Notes under the pieces: generated by a model
The model's input: only the letters and a program-made list of their open reading frames with translations
What the model was told of the DNA's origin: nothing
The model's database searches: none
Assembly (NCBI GenBank): GCA_013265495.1
Contig: MU057651.1
Span: 1,685,674-1,749,673, forward strand
DNA from: Vicugna vicugna
Lineage: Eukaryota
Direction of reading: 5' to 3'
Length of the DNA: 64,000 nt
Part shown: positions 36,651 to 49,300 of the stretch, one piece after another
Layout: the number at the start of each line of letters is the position of its first letter
How positions within the stretch are numbered: the stretch's first letter is position 1
Position numbers and translations under genes: made by a program

Positions 36651-38673
36651 GTGCGTCTGTTTCACCTCCTAAACCCCGGGGTGTTGATTCTTGAGAACGT
36701 GCGGTTGCCTGTGAGGCGGGAGGCTGGCTTCCTTCTCTTCTCCTTTTGTTTGGTCTCAGTGCAGAGCTTAGAGACGTGAGGGAAGGCAGCCCTCTCTGCA
36801 CAGCTGCCCGGTGCCCCCCGCTGACAATCACGCTGTGGGTCTGGAGCAGACTCGCAGGCGGAAGGGTGGATTTGGAAAAAAATGATTCTCTTTTTATTTC
36901 CTATGAAATGTTCGCCACGTTTTTATTTTGGTCTTCGAAAGCCCTGTGACACTTTTTTGTTCTCCTGCTCAGATTAAATAGGAAGATGAAATTTGCCATG
37001 TTTGCACATTCTTTAAAATTAAAACTAAAATTTTTTTTAATTTTGAAAATTACTTTTCATGCAACTTTTTAAGCACCCGAGTGGTTTTGTTTTTCCCGTT
37101 CTGCTTTTTGTGGGGGTGTGTTTTTATGAGGGCTTGATGTTCGATTTGGGATCCAATGGCTCCAGGTTTATTTAATGAAATCAAATCATGAGATCCTAGA
37201 GAAAGAATGGACTCAAACCATCTCAGCTCTGAGTTGATTGTGCAGACTGGGCTGGTTTCAGGCCAGACCCCTCAAATGACTGAATTTCTGTTTTGAAAAT
37301 GACTTTCTTCTTGTTCTGTATGAAGAGGACTGAAGTACCCCTGGGCAGAGCAAGGGAAGGAACTGTGGGCTTCAAACTTACTAAGAAAAATAGGAAAATA
37401 ACATTCATAAAGCTTCAGAGGTTGCTTATTGAGAATAAATTGAGAGAGAAACGTGGGCAGGTTTCTTCTCTTCCTTGGATGCCGGAGGTTTTGCTGAGTA
37501 CTTTTTTCGTGTTTGGAGGCTGGGGAAGTAAGCGCTGCTCCAGGAATGACTCAGAAAGCCAGCGCCGCACGTTGTGCTTTTACTGACGCACGTTTCTCAC
37601 AAAGAAAGCCTGGCGTTCGTGGTTAGAGCGAGGATGAGGAGAATTAAATTAGGAGTGTCTCGAGGTTTCGAGGGTCCCTGGCTGCGTGGCTTCTGATGAC
37701 CCCTCGAGTCCTCCCAGTGGGCGTCTCTTCCCGGCGGTTCTCGGGAGAGGCTGGACGGCCAGTTCCGGGGCCGGGTGTCACTGGGCGAGACCAGGAGGTC
37801 TGAGACTCACCCAGAACGTGGACACACGGCTCCTCTCTACGCCCCGCACCCCCACGAAGAGCGCTGCCCGTCAGGTTTACCGAGGGGCCACATCTGTGCA
37901 TCCAGCGGCGTGTGTCTGAGTGTGCCGTTGGTGACACGCCAGGCACCTGCGTCCCCCCGAGCTTCCTGTCCCCCCTTGGTCTGCCGTGGGTCGCCGTGAA
38001 GTCGCTGGCTTTTTGTAGAGTTTCGTGTAAATGTCGCGACGCCCGGCTTTCTTCCTGGGGACCGGCTCGCGGCGACGGCGTCTCGGCGGCTTGGGCCTGA
38101 GGCTGCTGCTGGGGGCTGAGGTTGCTTCCAGTTCCGGGCGACGGCAGAGAGAGGGGCTGAGGACACTCACGTCGATGCGCTTTAATTTCGTTCCATCCGT
38201 GGCTACAAGGGAATTTGCTGGGTCCTGGGGTGGACGTGCCAGAAACCTTTCAGAGAAAGAGAACAGGCCAAGACGTGAGTAACGCACTCCCTGAAACAGG
38301 GCGGCCCTGAGGCTCCGTTTCGCCAAGCAGGCAGGAGCGTGTCTGGGACGGGCCCCTCGGATGGTTGCGGATTTGACGGGACAGGTGGCGCGGCGTAGAC
38401 GAGGGACAGCAGGGCCGCAGGACTGGGAGCCGAGGGTTGCACTTCTGCTTGGCTTACGTGTAACTGTGAAGACTTAAGTAAACATGCTGGCTCTTTAGCC
38501 TGTTTCCTCATCTGTGAAAACAAAGGTGGGCTAGAATCGGGGACTCCCGCGCACGCACGACGGTCTGTGATCACAGCGTGGACGGCGCCCTGGGCCCACG
38601 TGTCCAGGGTTAGACCAGCCAGCACCCCGCTAGGGTTCCTGCCTCTCCCTGCCTGATGGGTTTTCTCCGGCAG

Positions 38674-38892
38674 ATCCTTGCTGACCGGCCTCCACGCCCC
38701 CACCTCCGGGACTATCCTGGTCAACGGCAGGGACCTGCGGACCGACCTGCCTGCGGTGCGGAGGGAGCTGGGGCTGTGTCCGCAGCGGGACGTCCTGTTC
38801 GATGACCTCACGGTGCTGGAACAGCTGCTGCTCTTTGGCTCCATCAAGGCCCCGCAGTGGCCCCGGGAGGAGCTGCGCCGGCAGGTCGACAG
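38674..38892 (+). CDS. ABCA13: ABCA13 exon (15), NBD1 Q-loop; [18 protein letters not shown]...[20 protein letters not shown]...QVD
   Basis: ctccggcag|A ... GACAG|gtgagc; 219 nt, phase 2/2. Confidence 0.96.
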
Positions 38893-39524
38893 GTGAGCGG
38901 CCGTCACCGCCGTGTCCCCCTGCCGTCTGTCCCGGAGGGCGTGGAAGACAGGCTTTGCAGACTTTCACTTGGGAATCCCTCAGGCGAGTCCCCGGCATCT
39001 CACCCGGGTCTGTGTTCAGATTTCGCAGCTCTCTAGAGCCCAGCAGTCACCCCTCCTCCTGTCCCACCTCCTCCTCACTGCCTGCTTGTGGCCACCGCAG
39101 GCTACAGCTCGCGGGGAGGGAGAGGTTTCAGGAAGGCGTGTGTGGGTGACGAGGGGGTGGGCATTCACGTGAGGGCAGAGGGTGGGAAGGTTATGACCGG
39201 GGAGAAAAGAGAGCTGGTCCGCAGTTGCAGGTGCCCCTCCCCACTGGGAGGCCTTCCTTGTGCTGGGCGTCCGAAATCAGATCTGAAATCCGTCCCGGGC
39301 CTGGAAGATCACTAAGGCGGGAGGAGAGGGGCTTCTCTCCCCTCGAAGGCAGACCTGAGCGTGCAGATCTGCATGTGGTGTTTCGTGGAAACGCCCCCCC
39401 TTAGACAGGAACGGGGACTAGGGGAGATTTAGTGCAGGGAACGGAGGTCATCGCAAGTCATTATTCACGGACTGAAACCTGAAGCATGTGCGGAGGAAGA
39501 GCGAGGGCTCCGGTCTCGTTGCAG

Positions 39525-39721
39525 GACCCTGTGGGACGTGGAGCTAACCCAGCACCGGCACAAGCAGACCCGCGCCCTCTCGGGGGGCCTGAAGAGGAAG
39601 CTCTCCATCGGCGTCGCCTTTCTCGGCACGTCCCGGACGGTGGTTCTGGACGAGCCGACCAGTGGCGTGGACCCTTGCTCCCGGCGTGGCATCTGGGACA
39701 TCCTTCTCAAGTACCGGAAAG
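39525..39721 (+). CDS. ABCA13: ABCA13 exon (16), NBD1 signature and Walker [30 protein letters not shown]...[27 protein letters not shown]
   Basis: ctcgttgcag|G ... AAAG|gtgggg; 197 nt, phase 2/1. Confidence 0.96.
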
Positions 39722-40039
39722 GTGGGGGCTGCCCCGAATTCTGCCGCCTGTTCCCGCAGGACTGGGGCGGAGGGCAGGGAGGCTTTGGGGAGGAGCCTCA
39801 TCGCGTCCCACATGAGGATCCATCCTCCTTCTCAGGAAAGGAGCATGCAGAGGGGCGCCCTTCACGCAGCGTCTCTGTTGCCCCGGGGTTGCCAGTCCTG
39901 TGATCTCCTGAGCCCGTCTAAAAGCAGTGGTGTCATCAGTGCACGTCACCCGTGACGTCCACTGACGTCCGGTTCGTCCACGTCGTGCTCCGTTCTGGAA
40001 TCATTCTGGAATTATTGCAGAGGGGTCCCAGCTGTAATC

Positions 40040-40150
40040 TGGGGAAAGCTATCATCCCTTTTCTCGGGGAGGAAACTGAGGCACAGAGAGAAGGGTGCGG
40101 GATTTGCTTACACCGCGGAGGAGGCTGGCGGGGTCCACGTGTCTCACCCG
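40040..40150 (-). mobile_element. MIR fragment
   Basis: ATCATCCCTTTTCTCGGGGAGGAAACTGAGGCACAGAGAG core. Confidence 0.55.
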
Positions 40151-42802
40151 CATGATTGGGTGTTTCCAGTTTAGGGTGTGTCGTGTGATCCCACTGTCGT
40201 GAGACGGACAGTTACTAATTTCCAGCTTCTGATTCTTTCAGTGGTTCTGGCAGCTCCGAAGCATTGCTGTGGGTTTTTTTTTTGTTTGTTTGTTTGTTTA
40301 TATAGAAGCATCGGAATTTGGAAAGAAGCGTCAGAAATAAAGAAACACCTTGGGGCTGGTTGGCCAGCCAGGGGCCGTGAGTGGCAGGGTGACCGTGGAA
40401 TCTTGTAGAACGTGGTTTGACTTTGCTTGTCTGCCTCTCGAGTACAAAGCCTTCTCTGGGCTTGACCTGAATCCTCCGCCTCCCTCGGGCAGGTTAGGAT
40501 TTACTGCTTAAGAAATGCAAAGAGAAGGGAGCCCAGAGGAGACGTCAGATTCTCTGCTTAGGGCAGGAAAGCTGCTCCCGTGGGCCACTGGAAGCTGCGA
40601 TCCGGGAGGAGGGGGAGGTGCAGAGGGGACGTGGAAGGGCCCTCCTGTCCCTTTCTGTCCCAGACATGCAGGGGGTCGTGGAGGGAGGCGACGGAGGCGG
40701 GCAGACGTGCTCTCCGCTCCTTCCTGGGCGTTGCGGGGGCAGAAGCGGGACCAGGAGAGTGAGGCAGTGTTGCTGGCCCGGGCTCACCTGATCTGGTGCA
40801 GCCAAGCCGCATCCAAGTTCACAAGCAGATCGCCGGCCCCGGGCGGTGGTGTCCTGCACGTTCACGGGTCCCCGGGCCTCGGCGCCGACCAGGTGGGCCG
40901 TTGAGGCCAAGAGGAGGGACCCTTCCAGAAGCCTTGCCCACGCTAGAAAGCTGGGGAGGGGCAGCAGCCTTCCAGAGAGACGGGGGACGGTGCCCCCACG
41001 GCCACCGGAGGTCCCAGCCCTCGCTCACTGCCAGGCGATCCCACAGCCCTCCTTCCTCCACTCACCTAAGCGCCCTTGGGGAAGAAAAGTCAGAGGACAG
41101 AAATGAGAAGTCGTCACCCTTCAGTGCAGGAGACTCTGGGCACCACCCCTAAAGGGGCTGATGAGGTTTTGAGAAAAAACTGATCTCAACCCGACGCAGT
41201 CATTTCCCGGCCACCCTGAGCCGGGGCTGCTGCAGGAGACAGATGCGAGGCCCTCATGCCTGCTCGCGTGCATTGCAGGACGCATTCAGCGTCACCGGCT
41301 CGCAAGTCTAGTTTATTTGCAGAATCCCGAGGGCTCGGCAGGCGGAACGTTTGAGTCATGAGCCACCAGTGCGCACGTTCACTTGCAGGAAACCAGATGT
41401 GATGAAGCTCTCAGGAGCAGCGAGCTTTCTGCAAGCTCTGTCGCCGTACATTACACATGTCCCTCCTGTTCGCGGTCGTTTAGCTGCCGTGGTCTTCGGA
41501 GGAGTCCCGGCACTGATTGCAGTGAAAAATCAATAGGACGGAGGCGGAGGGGACGAGTGGTACTCACAGGAAAATATGTTTTCAGGAACCAAATGGATGG
41601 CCTTTTCTGGGGAAAGCCCCAAATCTCCAGGCAGCCGTGCGACGGCTTTGGAAAAATAGATCGAAGGGTAGAGCTGCACGAAAAGCAATGTTCCCTGCTG
41701 GGTAGAGAGGCCGTCTGCCAGAACACAGAGCATCATCGGGGAGTTTGACCCATGTTTCTTGCTGAGTGATGTGCAGAGCTGAGCTCTTGATCACTTCTGG
41801 TGTCAGGGTTCTCACGTCTGCCTTGGAAGGACAAATAAGGAAGGAAAGGATCTCAGAGCAGAAGGCGCCGGTGACAAGCAAGCTCATCGGCTCCAACACG
41901 TCCCTGCGCTGCGGTCCCGAACGACCGGGAGAAATTACCCAGCGCCTCTGGGCTTCAGTTTTCCCCTTTGCAAACGGGGACACTTGCACAGCTTGCGGGG
42001 TTGTGGGGGACGTCGAAGTGCTGTCTGTGAAGACGCGTGGCTCCGTGTCTGGCCCGCGGGTGCCCCGGGGACGGCTCGTCCTTGTCACTGTGAAACAGAC
42101 AAGGGCAGGTGATGGTGGGGAAGGCCACGTTCGGAGGGAGGGACTCACACACCCTCTGACTCGGGGGAGAAACTGGGAAGGCTGGCCTCACAGAGCAACA
42201 CTTGTCCTTCGAGGTTTGGGGTGTGTCCTGAGTAACTTAACGCCCCCCGAGATGCCCTTAATGCATCAAACATCTGTGAACTTGATCTGCATTTTTTTCT
42301 TTTTTTTGGAAAATTCACATTCCAGCCTACTTCATTTTTAGGTCCCTGTATTGTGCAAAAACATGTTACAAGTCTCTGAACTGCCTGTCCCTTCAGGTCA
42401 GGGACCGAGCACGTTTTCTTGCCTGGAAGGACTTCACGCAGGGAGGTCGGCCGTGGTCTTTGAGATGCACCTGCTGTGTTGGTGGGCACCCTGGACCGCC
42501 ACCCCCAGCCCCACCGGGAGCTCTTAGGTTTTCTTTTTAGATGCATTTAAAAAAAAAAACACAAGTTGAGAGTCCTAGTCTCTGCTTTCTCTGCTGTTTA
42601 GAAATATAAAATCGAGTAGGGTTAAAAACGTATTCTGCCTTCCTGCTTGGAACCTTTGTTTGTGAGCGAAGAATCAACCAGTGTGTTCATTTCTATTCAA
42701 TGAAACAGAGTAAGTAGAATCAGGCCTGTGGGGCATGGAGAGAGGCTGAAAGTTGTGAGAGCTCCCCTTAACATACTTGATTTATTTACTTATGTATTTA
42801 GG

Positions 42803-42931
42803 TTTTTTGTTTGTTTTTTTGGGGGGAGGCGTTCAAGTTTACTTACTTATTTTTAAAGGAGGTGCTGGGGATGGAACCCAGGACCTCATGCATGCTAAGC
42901 GCACGCTCTACCGCTGAGCTACGCCCTCCCC
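42803..42931 (-). mobile_element. Vic-1-like SINE
   Basis: GAACCCAGGACCTCATGCATGCTAAGCGCACGCTCTACCGCTGAGCTACGCCCTCCCC. Confidence 0.88.
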
Positions 42932-43775
42932 GCTATTTATTTATTTAGTTTTTTTTTTTCCCGTTGACATAACTGAAGGCAACGTTGCAAAAATATCTGC
43001 TAGCATCTCTGGCCTCCGCCCTCCTAAGGTGCCTGAGCCCTTTTCTCCCCAAGCAGAGGAAGTAGAACTTGACAAGATGCTAGAATTCACTGAGAACACG
43101 GTTTAGCCTAACACCCACTTCTGCAAAGAGTGACCACGGGCCTGTGATCGGGGGCGCCTTTCTTCCCCGGAAGGCCGATGGCCCAAGTCTCCCACCTGGC
43201 TGTCCCCCCAACCCCTCACCGCAACCCCAGCCCATCTCCCAAAACTCTCCGTGTCCGTGGCTGCTGGGAGCTTTTCCCCTGAAGAGACGGGGCCTCTGCT
43301 CCCAGGGCATGTGATGGGCGGTACCCGGGCGGCAGCCTCCCCCGTCTGAAGGTCATGGGCACGTGCAGTGGCCCCTGCCTACCCCAGTGCCCGTCTGGTT
43401 TCCTTGTGCAAGAGCCTCTTCCGGAGAGCACAGCCTTCTCCTTCAGGACGCGTGAGAGGGTGGTCGGAGATGCACGAGGGGCTTGAGTGTCGGGGGAGGG
43501 AGGGTGACGTTCCACCCAGCTGTGTGTTATTTTATTTTTAAAAGTTTCTCCTCCTCTGTGTCCATTCAGTGATCTGCCTCCTGGTCTCATGGAGACTTTC
43601 TGTTTCGTGCCTCAAGTCCACCCCCTGTGCCTGTCAGAGGCCCCCTTTGGTTCCCGAGGGGACGAGGGATTTGTGGCATCAGTGTTGGGACCCTCAGGGG
43701 AAAGTGCGTGACGTGGCCCTGACTGAGGACCCGCCCCAGGACGCATCTCCTCTGACCTAAAACCTGTAACACTCC

Positions 43776-44253
43776 TTTTTTTTTCCTTTTTAAATACAGT
43801 CGATTTACAATGTCATGCTAGTTTCTGGTGTACAGCAAAGCGAATTCAGTTACACACATAATATACTTTTTTCTTTTCAGGTTCATTTCCGTTATATGTT
43901 ATTATAAGAAGTTGAATATAGTTCCCTGTGCTCGACAGTGGGTCACTGCTTTTTTTAAATCTATTTTGTATACAGTAGTGTGTGTCTGTTAATCTCAGAC
44001 TCCTAATTTACCCCTCCCTGCCCTTTCCCCCTTGGTAACTACAGTTTGTTTTTTATGTCTGTGAGTCTGTTTTGGGCTTGTAAATAGAATTTTTATCATA
44101 TGTATTTTTTCAGATTCCACATGTAAGTGATATCACATCCTTCTTTGTCCTTCTCTGTCTGACTTACTTCACTCAGTATGATCATCTCCAGGTCCACTCA
44201 TGTTGCTGCAAAAGGCATGATCGCATCCTTTTTCATGGCTGTGTAGTATTCCA

Positions 44254-44302
<49 letters not shown>

Positions 44303-44320
44303 ACCGCACCTCCTTTATCC
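43776..44320 (-). mobile_element. LINE-1 3' end containing (TG)n
   Basis: TTTACAATGTCATGCTAGTTTCTGGTGTACAGC...GTTGCTGCAAAAGGCATG...TCCTTTATCC. Confidence 0.88.
44256..44298. repeat. (TG)n microsatellite, about 21 units
   Basis: Perfect GT run. Confidence 0.97.
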
Positions 44321-44339
44321 AATGAAAGTGGTGAAGCTC

Positions 44340-44466
44340 TTTTTTTTTTACATTTTTTTTATTGAGTTACTGTCATTTTGCAATGTTGTGTCAAATTCCA
44401 GTGCAGAGCACAATTTTTCAGTTATACATGAACATACATATATTCATTGTCACATTTTTTTTTTCT
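44340..44466 (-). mobile_element. Short LINE-1 3'UTR terminus
   Basis: Nearly the same sequence as the L1 terminus at 56740-56852. Confidence 0.82.
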
Positions 44467-44530
44467 GTCTGCAGGATCGGCTCTTAGGCCTTGTCATGCA
44501 GGGTCTCAGCCCCTCTTTCTTGGTTCGCAG

Positions 44531-44688
44531 GTCGGACAGTCATCTTCACCACCCACCACCTGGACGAGGCCGAAGCGCTCAGTGACCGCGTGGCGGTCCT
44601 GCAGCGGGGGCAGCTCCGGTGCTGCGGTCCTCCCTCCAGCCTGACCGAGGCGGCCGGCCAGGGGCTCTGCCTGACGCTCACAAAGCAG
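44531..44688 (+). CDS. ABCA13: ABCA13 exon (17), NBD1 H-loop; (G)[32 protein letters not shown]...LTLTKQ
   Basis: ggttcgcag|GT ... AAGCAG|gtgaga; 158 nt, phase 1/0. Confidence 0.96.
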
Positions 44689-45814
44689 GTGAGACGTGGG
44701 GATTTCGGTTCCTTTCCTGTGTCCTTCTGATGTGTGGGCGCAGGAGACAAAACACAGTAACAGCGTTTTCCAACGTTGGACACAAATCACGTAGCCGATG
44801 TTTATTCTGCCTCCAGCGTGGGCCTCACGCTGCCGCCGGGCGCAGGGGAAGTGGTGGAGCAGGACACCTGTTTTCTGCACAGGGTCCTTGGGGTCCCCGT
44901 GCCTGTGCAGGCAAGGACGTGCCTGGGAAGGACAGAACAGAATATGGTGACGGTGGTGGGTGGGTGTGGAGCCGGGCCCAGAGTCGGCACGGTGCAGGGG
45001 AGGTGATCGCGGGCTCCTGGCCGTCAGGGAAGGGGGGTGGCAGGGCAGGGCTGGGACCAGGGCCTTCCCACGACTGGAGGGACCTGAAGAGGCGTAAGTG
45101 GAGGTGGTCCAGGTGGAGGTGTCTGTGGGTTTCATGGGGCTGCCCGGGGGTGCGCCCAAACCAGAAGGGGTCCCATGGAGCCGGAGGCACCTGCTGGTAG
45201 CGGCGTCTGCGTGGGCGTCTGGGCAGGCATTGTCCCGGCCCCACGGGCTCTCTGAGCGTTTCTGCGACAGGGACACTTGGTTTGGGAGGTGGCAGCTTTA
45301 CCACCGTGCAGGGCAGTGGGGTGGGATCTGTACTTGGAGGTCCCATCCACTTCTGTTATCCTTGCCTGTGCCAGCGGGGCAGGCGGGGGCTCCGGGGTGC
45401 GGTCTCCACGTGGCCTCCCCGCCCTTGATGGCCCCGTAGACCCTGGGTGCCTCAGCTCTGTTCAGGACCCTGCTGTCCTGAGGTGGCCCCTCCCCTCCGA
45501 GGGAGGGGACGCTTGTCTCCCTTTTGGGACGACTCGTCCGTGTCCTGCGATCCAGCCGCCAGGCTAGAGGCAGTTTCACGACTCTTTCCCGTTGCCAGGC
45601 TGAGCGCCATAGATTTGAATTTCACGAGGAGAAATGCAGTGCCTCTTTCACACCTGTCACTTTAACCATACGTCTCGATTTTGCTGCTTTGCAGTCGAAT
45701 TTCAGGCGACTTGGCTTAGGGAATATGTGTGCAATCAACAGGTGTGGAATTTTGGGATCCCTTTCAATTTACAATCCTTACTCTTTCCTCCCTTTTGTTT
45801 TTTTTTTGGGTCAG

Positions 45815-46045
45815 CCAGCAGTCCGGGAGGTGGACGACGCAAAGGACACAGCGTGTGTGACGTCTCTGATCCAGACCCACATCCCGCAGGCGTCTCTCAG
45901 AGGCAGCAGCGGTGCGGAGCTGAGCTACGCGATTCCCGAGGAGGCGGACAGAGCCGCCTTCGAAGGGCTCTTCCAGGCCCTGGATCAGAACCTGCGCCGT
46001 CTGCGCCTGACAGGCTACGGGCTCTCCGACGCCACCTTAGAGGAG
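45815..46045 (+). CDS. ABCA13: ABCA13 exon (18), regulatory domain R1; [26 protein letters not shown]...[12 protein letters not shown]
   Basis: tttgggtcag|CCA ... GAGGAG|gtaccg; 231 nt, phase 0/0. Confidence 0.94.
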
Positions 46046-48624
46046 GTACCGAGCCCGGCTCGCGGTGACGGGGCGCGGGTGAGGTGGCCGGGAAGGGGCG
46101 AGCTGGGGACACCGTGCGTCTGCATTTATTTCCAAGTTCTGCTCGGCGTCGGGCGCGGAATTGAACAGACCTGGCAGGTGACTCTGGTTCTTCAAGCGAA
46201 GTAGCACTTTGATGTTTGAGAACTTCGACATCTTTATGCAGCATCCTTAGAGGCCTGGACAGTTTGCAGGAGTGGGCGGTCGGCGGGCCGGAGTTCCCCA
46301 CTGGGAGGTGCCCGTCTCTTTTGGGTCTGGACCTGATTCTGCTCAGAAGCCCGTGGCCCCTTGCTGGGCAGAGATGCCCACAGGGTCACGCAGAGAACCG
46401 TGCAACCCCCTCCCCACCGCACCCCACTCCCCTCTCCCCCAGCCTGAGCTGGTTGGCACCCGTGGCTCCGGGTGGTTCTGGGCCGCGGAGGACATGGCAG
46501 CGTGGCCTCCAGGAGGGAGTTTCTGGGTTTGTCACCGAACCAAGGACAAGCCATTGGGGGGCGGCAGGGTTGGCACTTGAGGCTGGCCCCGTGTGAGCCA
46601 GGATGCCTGGGGGCTGCTGTGGAAAGCCAACAGCGCAGAGTCACAAATCTTTGATGTGAGATCTGGCTGTCTCCCGCGGCCGTCCCTCGCATTGTGACAT
46701 GAATGTCATCTCTCGAGAAAGGCCGTCCGGGTCCCAGTGTCCCCCCTCTGTCTCCCCTGCCCGCTGCAGTCCACTTCATGACTCCTGTCTGTTTGTCCTG
46801 TCTGTCACCTGGCCTCCGACTTGAGATCCAGGAACAAGCGCTTCCTCTCTGCCCACCTCCACGCCCGCAGTGTGTTTTATCAGTGTTTTCCGAGTGCGCG
46901 GTGCGTCAAGCTTCGGGGAGGAGCGTGTTTTAGTGGAAAGGGTGAACGCGGCCCCGGCCGTTTCTAAATCCAAGACTTAGGGACGTGGATAAATCACTGA
47001 GCTCACGTGAGCCTCTGTGATATTTGAAATGGAAGAATTAGAGCAGTTTACATCGTTAGTTCAGGAATCACCAGTCATCGTTAAATGCCTGGAACAGACC
47101 ACGTTCTTCTCGGCTACAGAAGCAGAGACCGCGAGATGGTTGCCGTGGGATTGGGGTGACGAGGAAACTAAGTTGCATCGATGCCCCAGAAGAGGCTCCT
47201 CTTCTCCAGGGCTTTTGGGCAGGCAGCCGCGCTTCCGTGCAGGTGGAGAAGACAGGGCAGTTTCCCGGCCCCTCTCCCGAGAGGGCCTGGGCCGGGGCGG
47301 GGCCGGGGCTCTCCGCACACTTGGGTGCCCTGTGCCGGCAGCTCTGAGTGTTGGTGATGCCACGCACCGGCTGTCACTGTCGCCTGAAGTCTGGGTCACC
47401 AGGAAGCTGGTCGTCTTGATGGCCGGGAACCTTGGCTCCCACGAACCGCAGTTTCCGCGAAGACGTGAGGGGGCGGGAGCTTTGAGGGCGTTCCGCCAGC
47501 CGGGGTCCCTTGAAAAGGAAAAAGAGGAGAATTTCTTTGAGCTGCAGGGGGAGGGTCTGCCAGTCAGAGGCACAGGTGCAGCGTCTGCCCCTCTGGGTGT
47601 GGCCTCGCTGGGTGGGTCCGTGCGACAGACTGACGTGTCCTGCGCTCCCCGGCTTCTCGGGCGGCGCCGAGCAGAACCCCCCACGGGATTTGGCTCAACC
47701 TCTGGGGCCAAAACACACTTACCCAGAAAATAATGCACGTGCACCCTCCACATGACTTATTTGCAGTTAAACCCACGTGGCGGGAAGCCCACGGCTTTCC
47801 TCCACGTCAAGTGGCATTTTTTTCCTGTTGCCAATAAAGTGAGAAACCTCAGGAATCCTTCCTAGGCTTATAATTGGATGGAGGGAAATTTTGTGGGGCT
47901 TTGTGTTCTGGGTGGATGCTTAGCTTTTCAGTGTTTTGCTGGTCAGTGTGCTCGGTATGACCAGTTGGGGCCGGCTCAGGGAGCAGCGTGCGTTTAGGGA
48001 GAGACTTCCACTACACTTATGTTACTCTCAGGGTGAAGCTGGGCGAACACGGGGCTGGAACGTCAGTTTCCTCGTCGCTAACGTAGAAATATCTCCCCTC
48101 ACTGTCACACGCAGTTTTTGTTTAGATCAAGGAACTTGGTGATACAGAGAACAGGTGACAAACTGCAAGAAAATGCACAAAGGTGAGGGCTGACCAGCTT
48201 TATTTTTACAGCTGCTCTTTCCCAAAACACCTGTGCCGTGGTTCATTCTGCAGTTATGCGTTTCTATACAGCAGTCCCTCTCTGCTTTTCATGTTGTAGA
48301 AGACGCTCCATCGCAGTGTGACTTGTAAAAATTCTTCCTATGCTGTAGTCCTTGAGGGCTCCTATTTCTGTGTAGTAGTTGCCTTTCTTCTCCAAGATAT
48401 TTTTATTTTGTACTTTATCCATCCACGTTCCTTTCCGGTATTTCCTAATCTTTCTCCTCCTTGCCTTCTTTTGAAAAATATCCATTAAATTGCATGCAGG
48501 GAAAATCCACTCACGTACATTTTGACCAATGCCTGGGGTCATGGAATCACCACCACGACCGAGATACAAAGGGGTTCCATCCTTGCTGCCTTTTTTTTTT
48601 TTTTTTGGAGAAAATACAGGTGTT

Positions 48625-49300
48625 GTTTTATTTTATTTTCAATTGAGGCGTAGTGATTTACAAGGTGTTAGTTAGTTTCAGTTGCACAGCAAATAATTCA
48701 ATTATACATATATATGTAAATGTTTTTCAGATTCTCTTCCATTATAGGTTATTAGAAGATATTGAATATTGCCCCCTGTGCTCTACTGTAGGACCCTGTT
48801 GTTTATCTATTTTATATATAGTAGTGTGTATCTGTTAATCCCAAACTCCCAATTTGTCCCTCCCCTGCCCTCTCCCCCTGGGTAACCGTAAGTTTTTTTC
48901 TACATCTGTGAGTCTGTTTCTGTTTCCTGAATAAGTTCATTTGTGTCGTTTTTTAGATTCCACATATGAGCGATCTCATATGGTGTTTTTCTCTCTCTTT
49001 CTGTCTTGATTCACTTATCATGGTGATCTCTGGATCCATCCATGTTGCTGCAAATGACATGATTTCATTCTTTTTCATGGCCGAGTAGTATTCCATTGTA
49101 TAAGTACACCACATCTTCTTCATCCAGTCATCTGTCAATGGACACTTGCGTTGCTTCTGTGTCTGAGAGCTGCTCTGAACACTGGGGTGCATATACCTTT
49201 TTGGATTATATTTTTCTCCAAATCTATGCCCGGGCGTGGGGTTGCTGGATCACAGGGCAACTCTGCTTTTAATTTTTCAAGCAACGTCCATCCTGTTCTC
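48625..49300 (-). mobile_element. LINE-1 3' end
   Basis: Minus-strand peptide KCPLTDDWMKKMWCTYTMEYYSAMKKNEIMSFAATWMD, followed by the 3'UTR. Confidence 0.9.

Noticed and set aside
45811..45821. Tandem acceptors TCAG-CCAG-CAG
   Set aside because: The downstream AGs shift the frame by 4 or 7 nt, only the first fits the protein, and there is no evidence of their use
47017..47753. Overlapping 238-aa and 230-aa ORFs on both strands (also 21542-22246, 44506-45276 and 38203-38907)
   Set aside because: No recognisable domains; long ORFs are expected in GC-rich intronic DNA or antisense to high-GC3 exons
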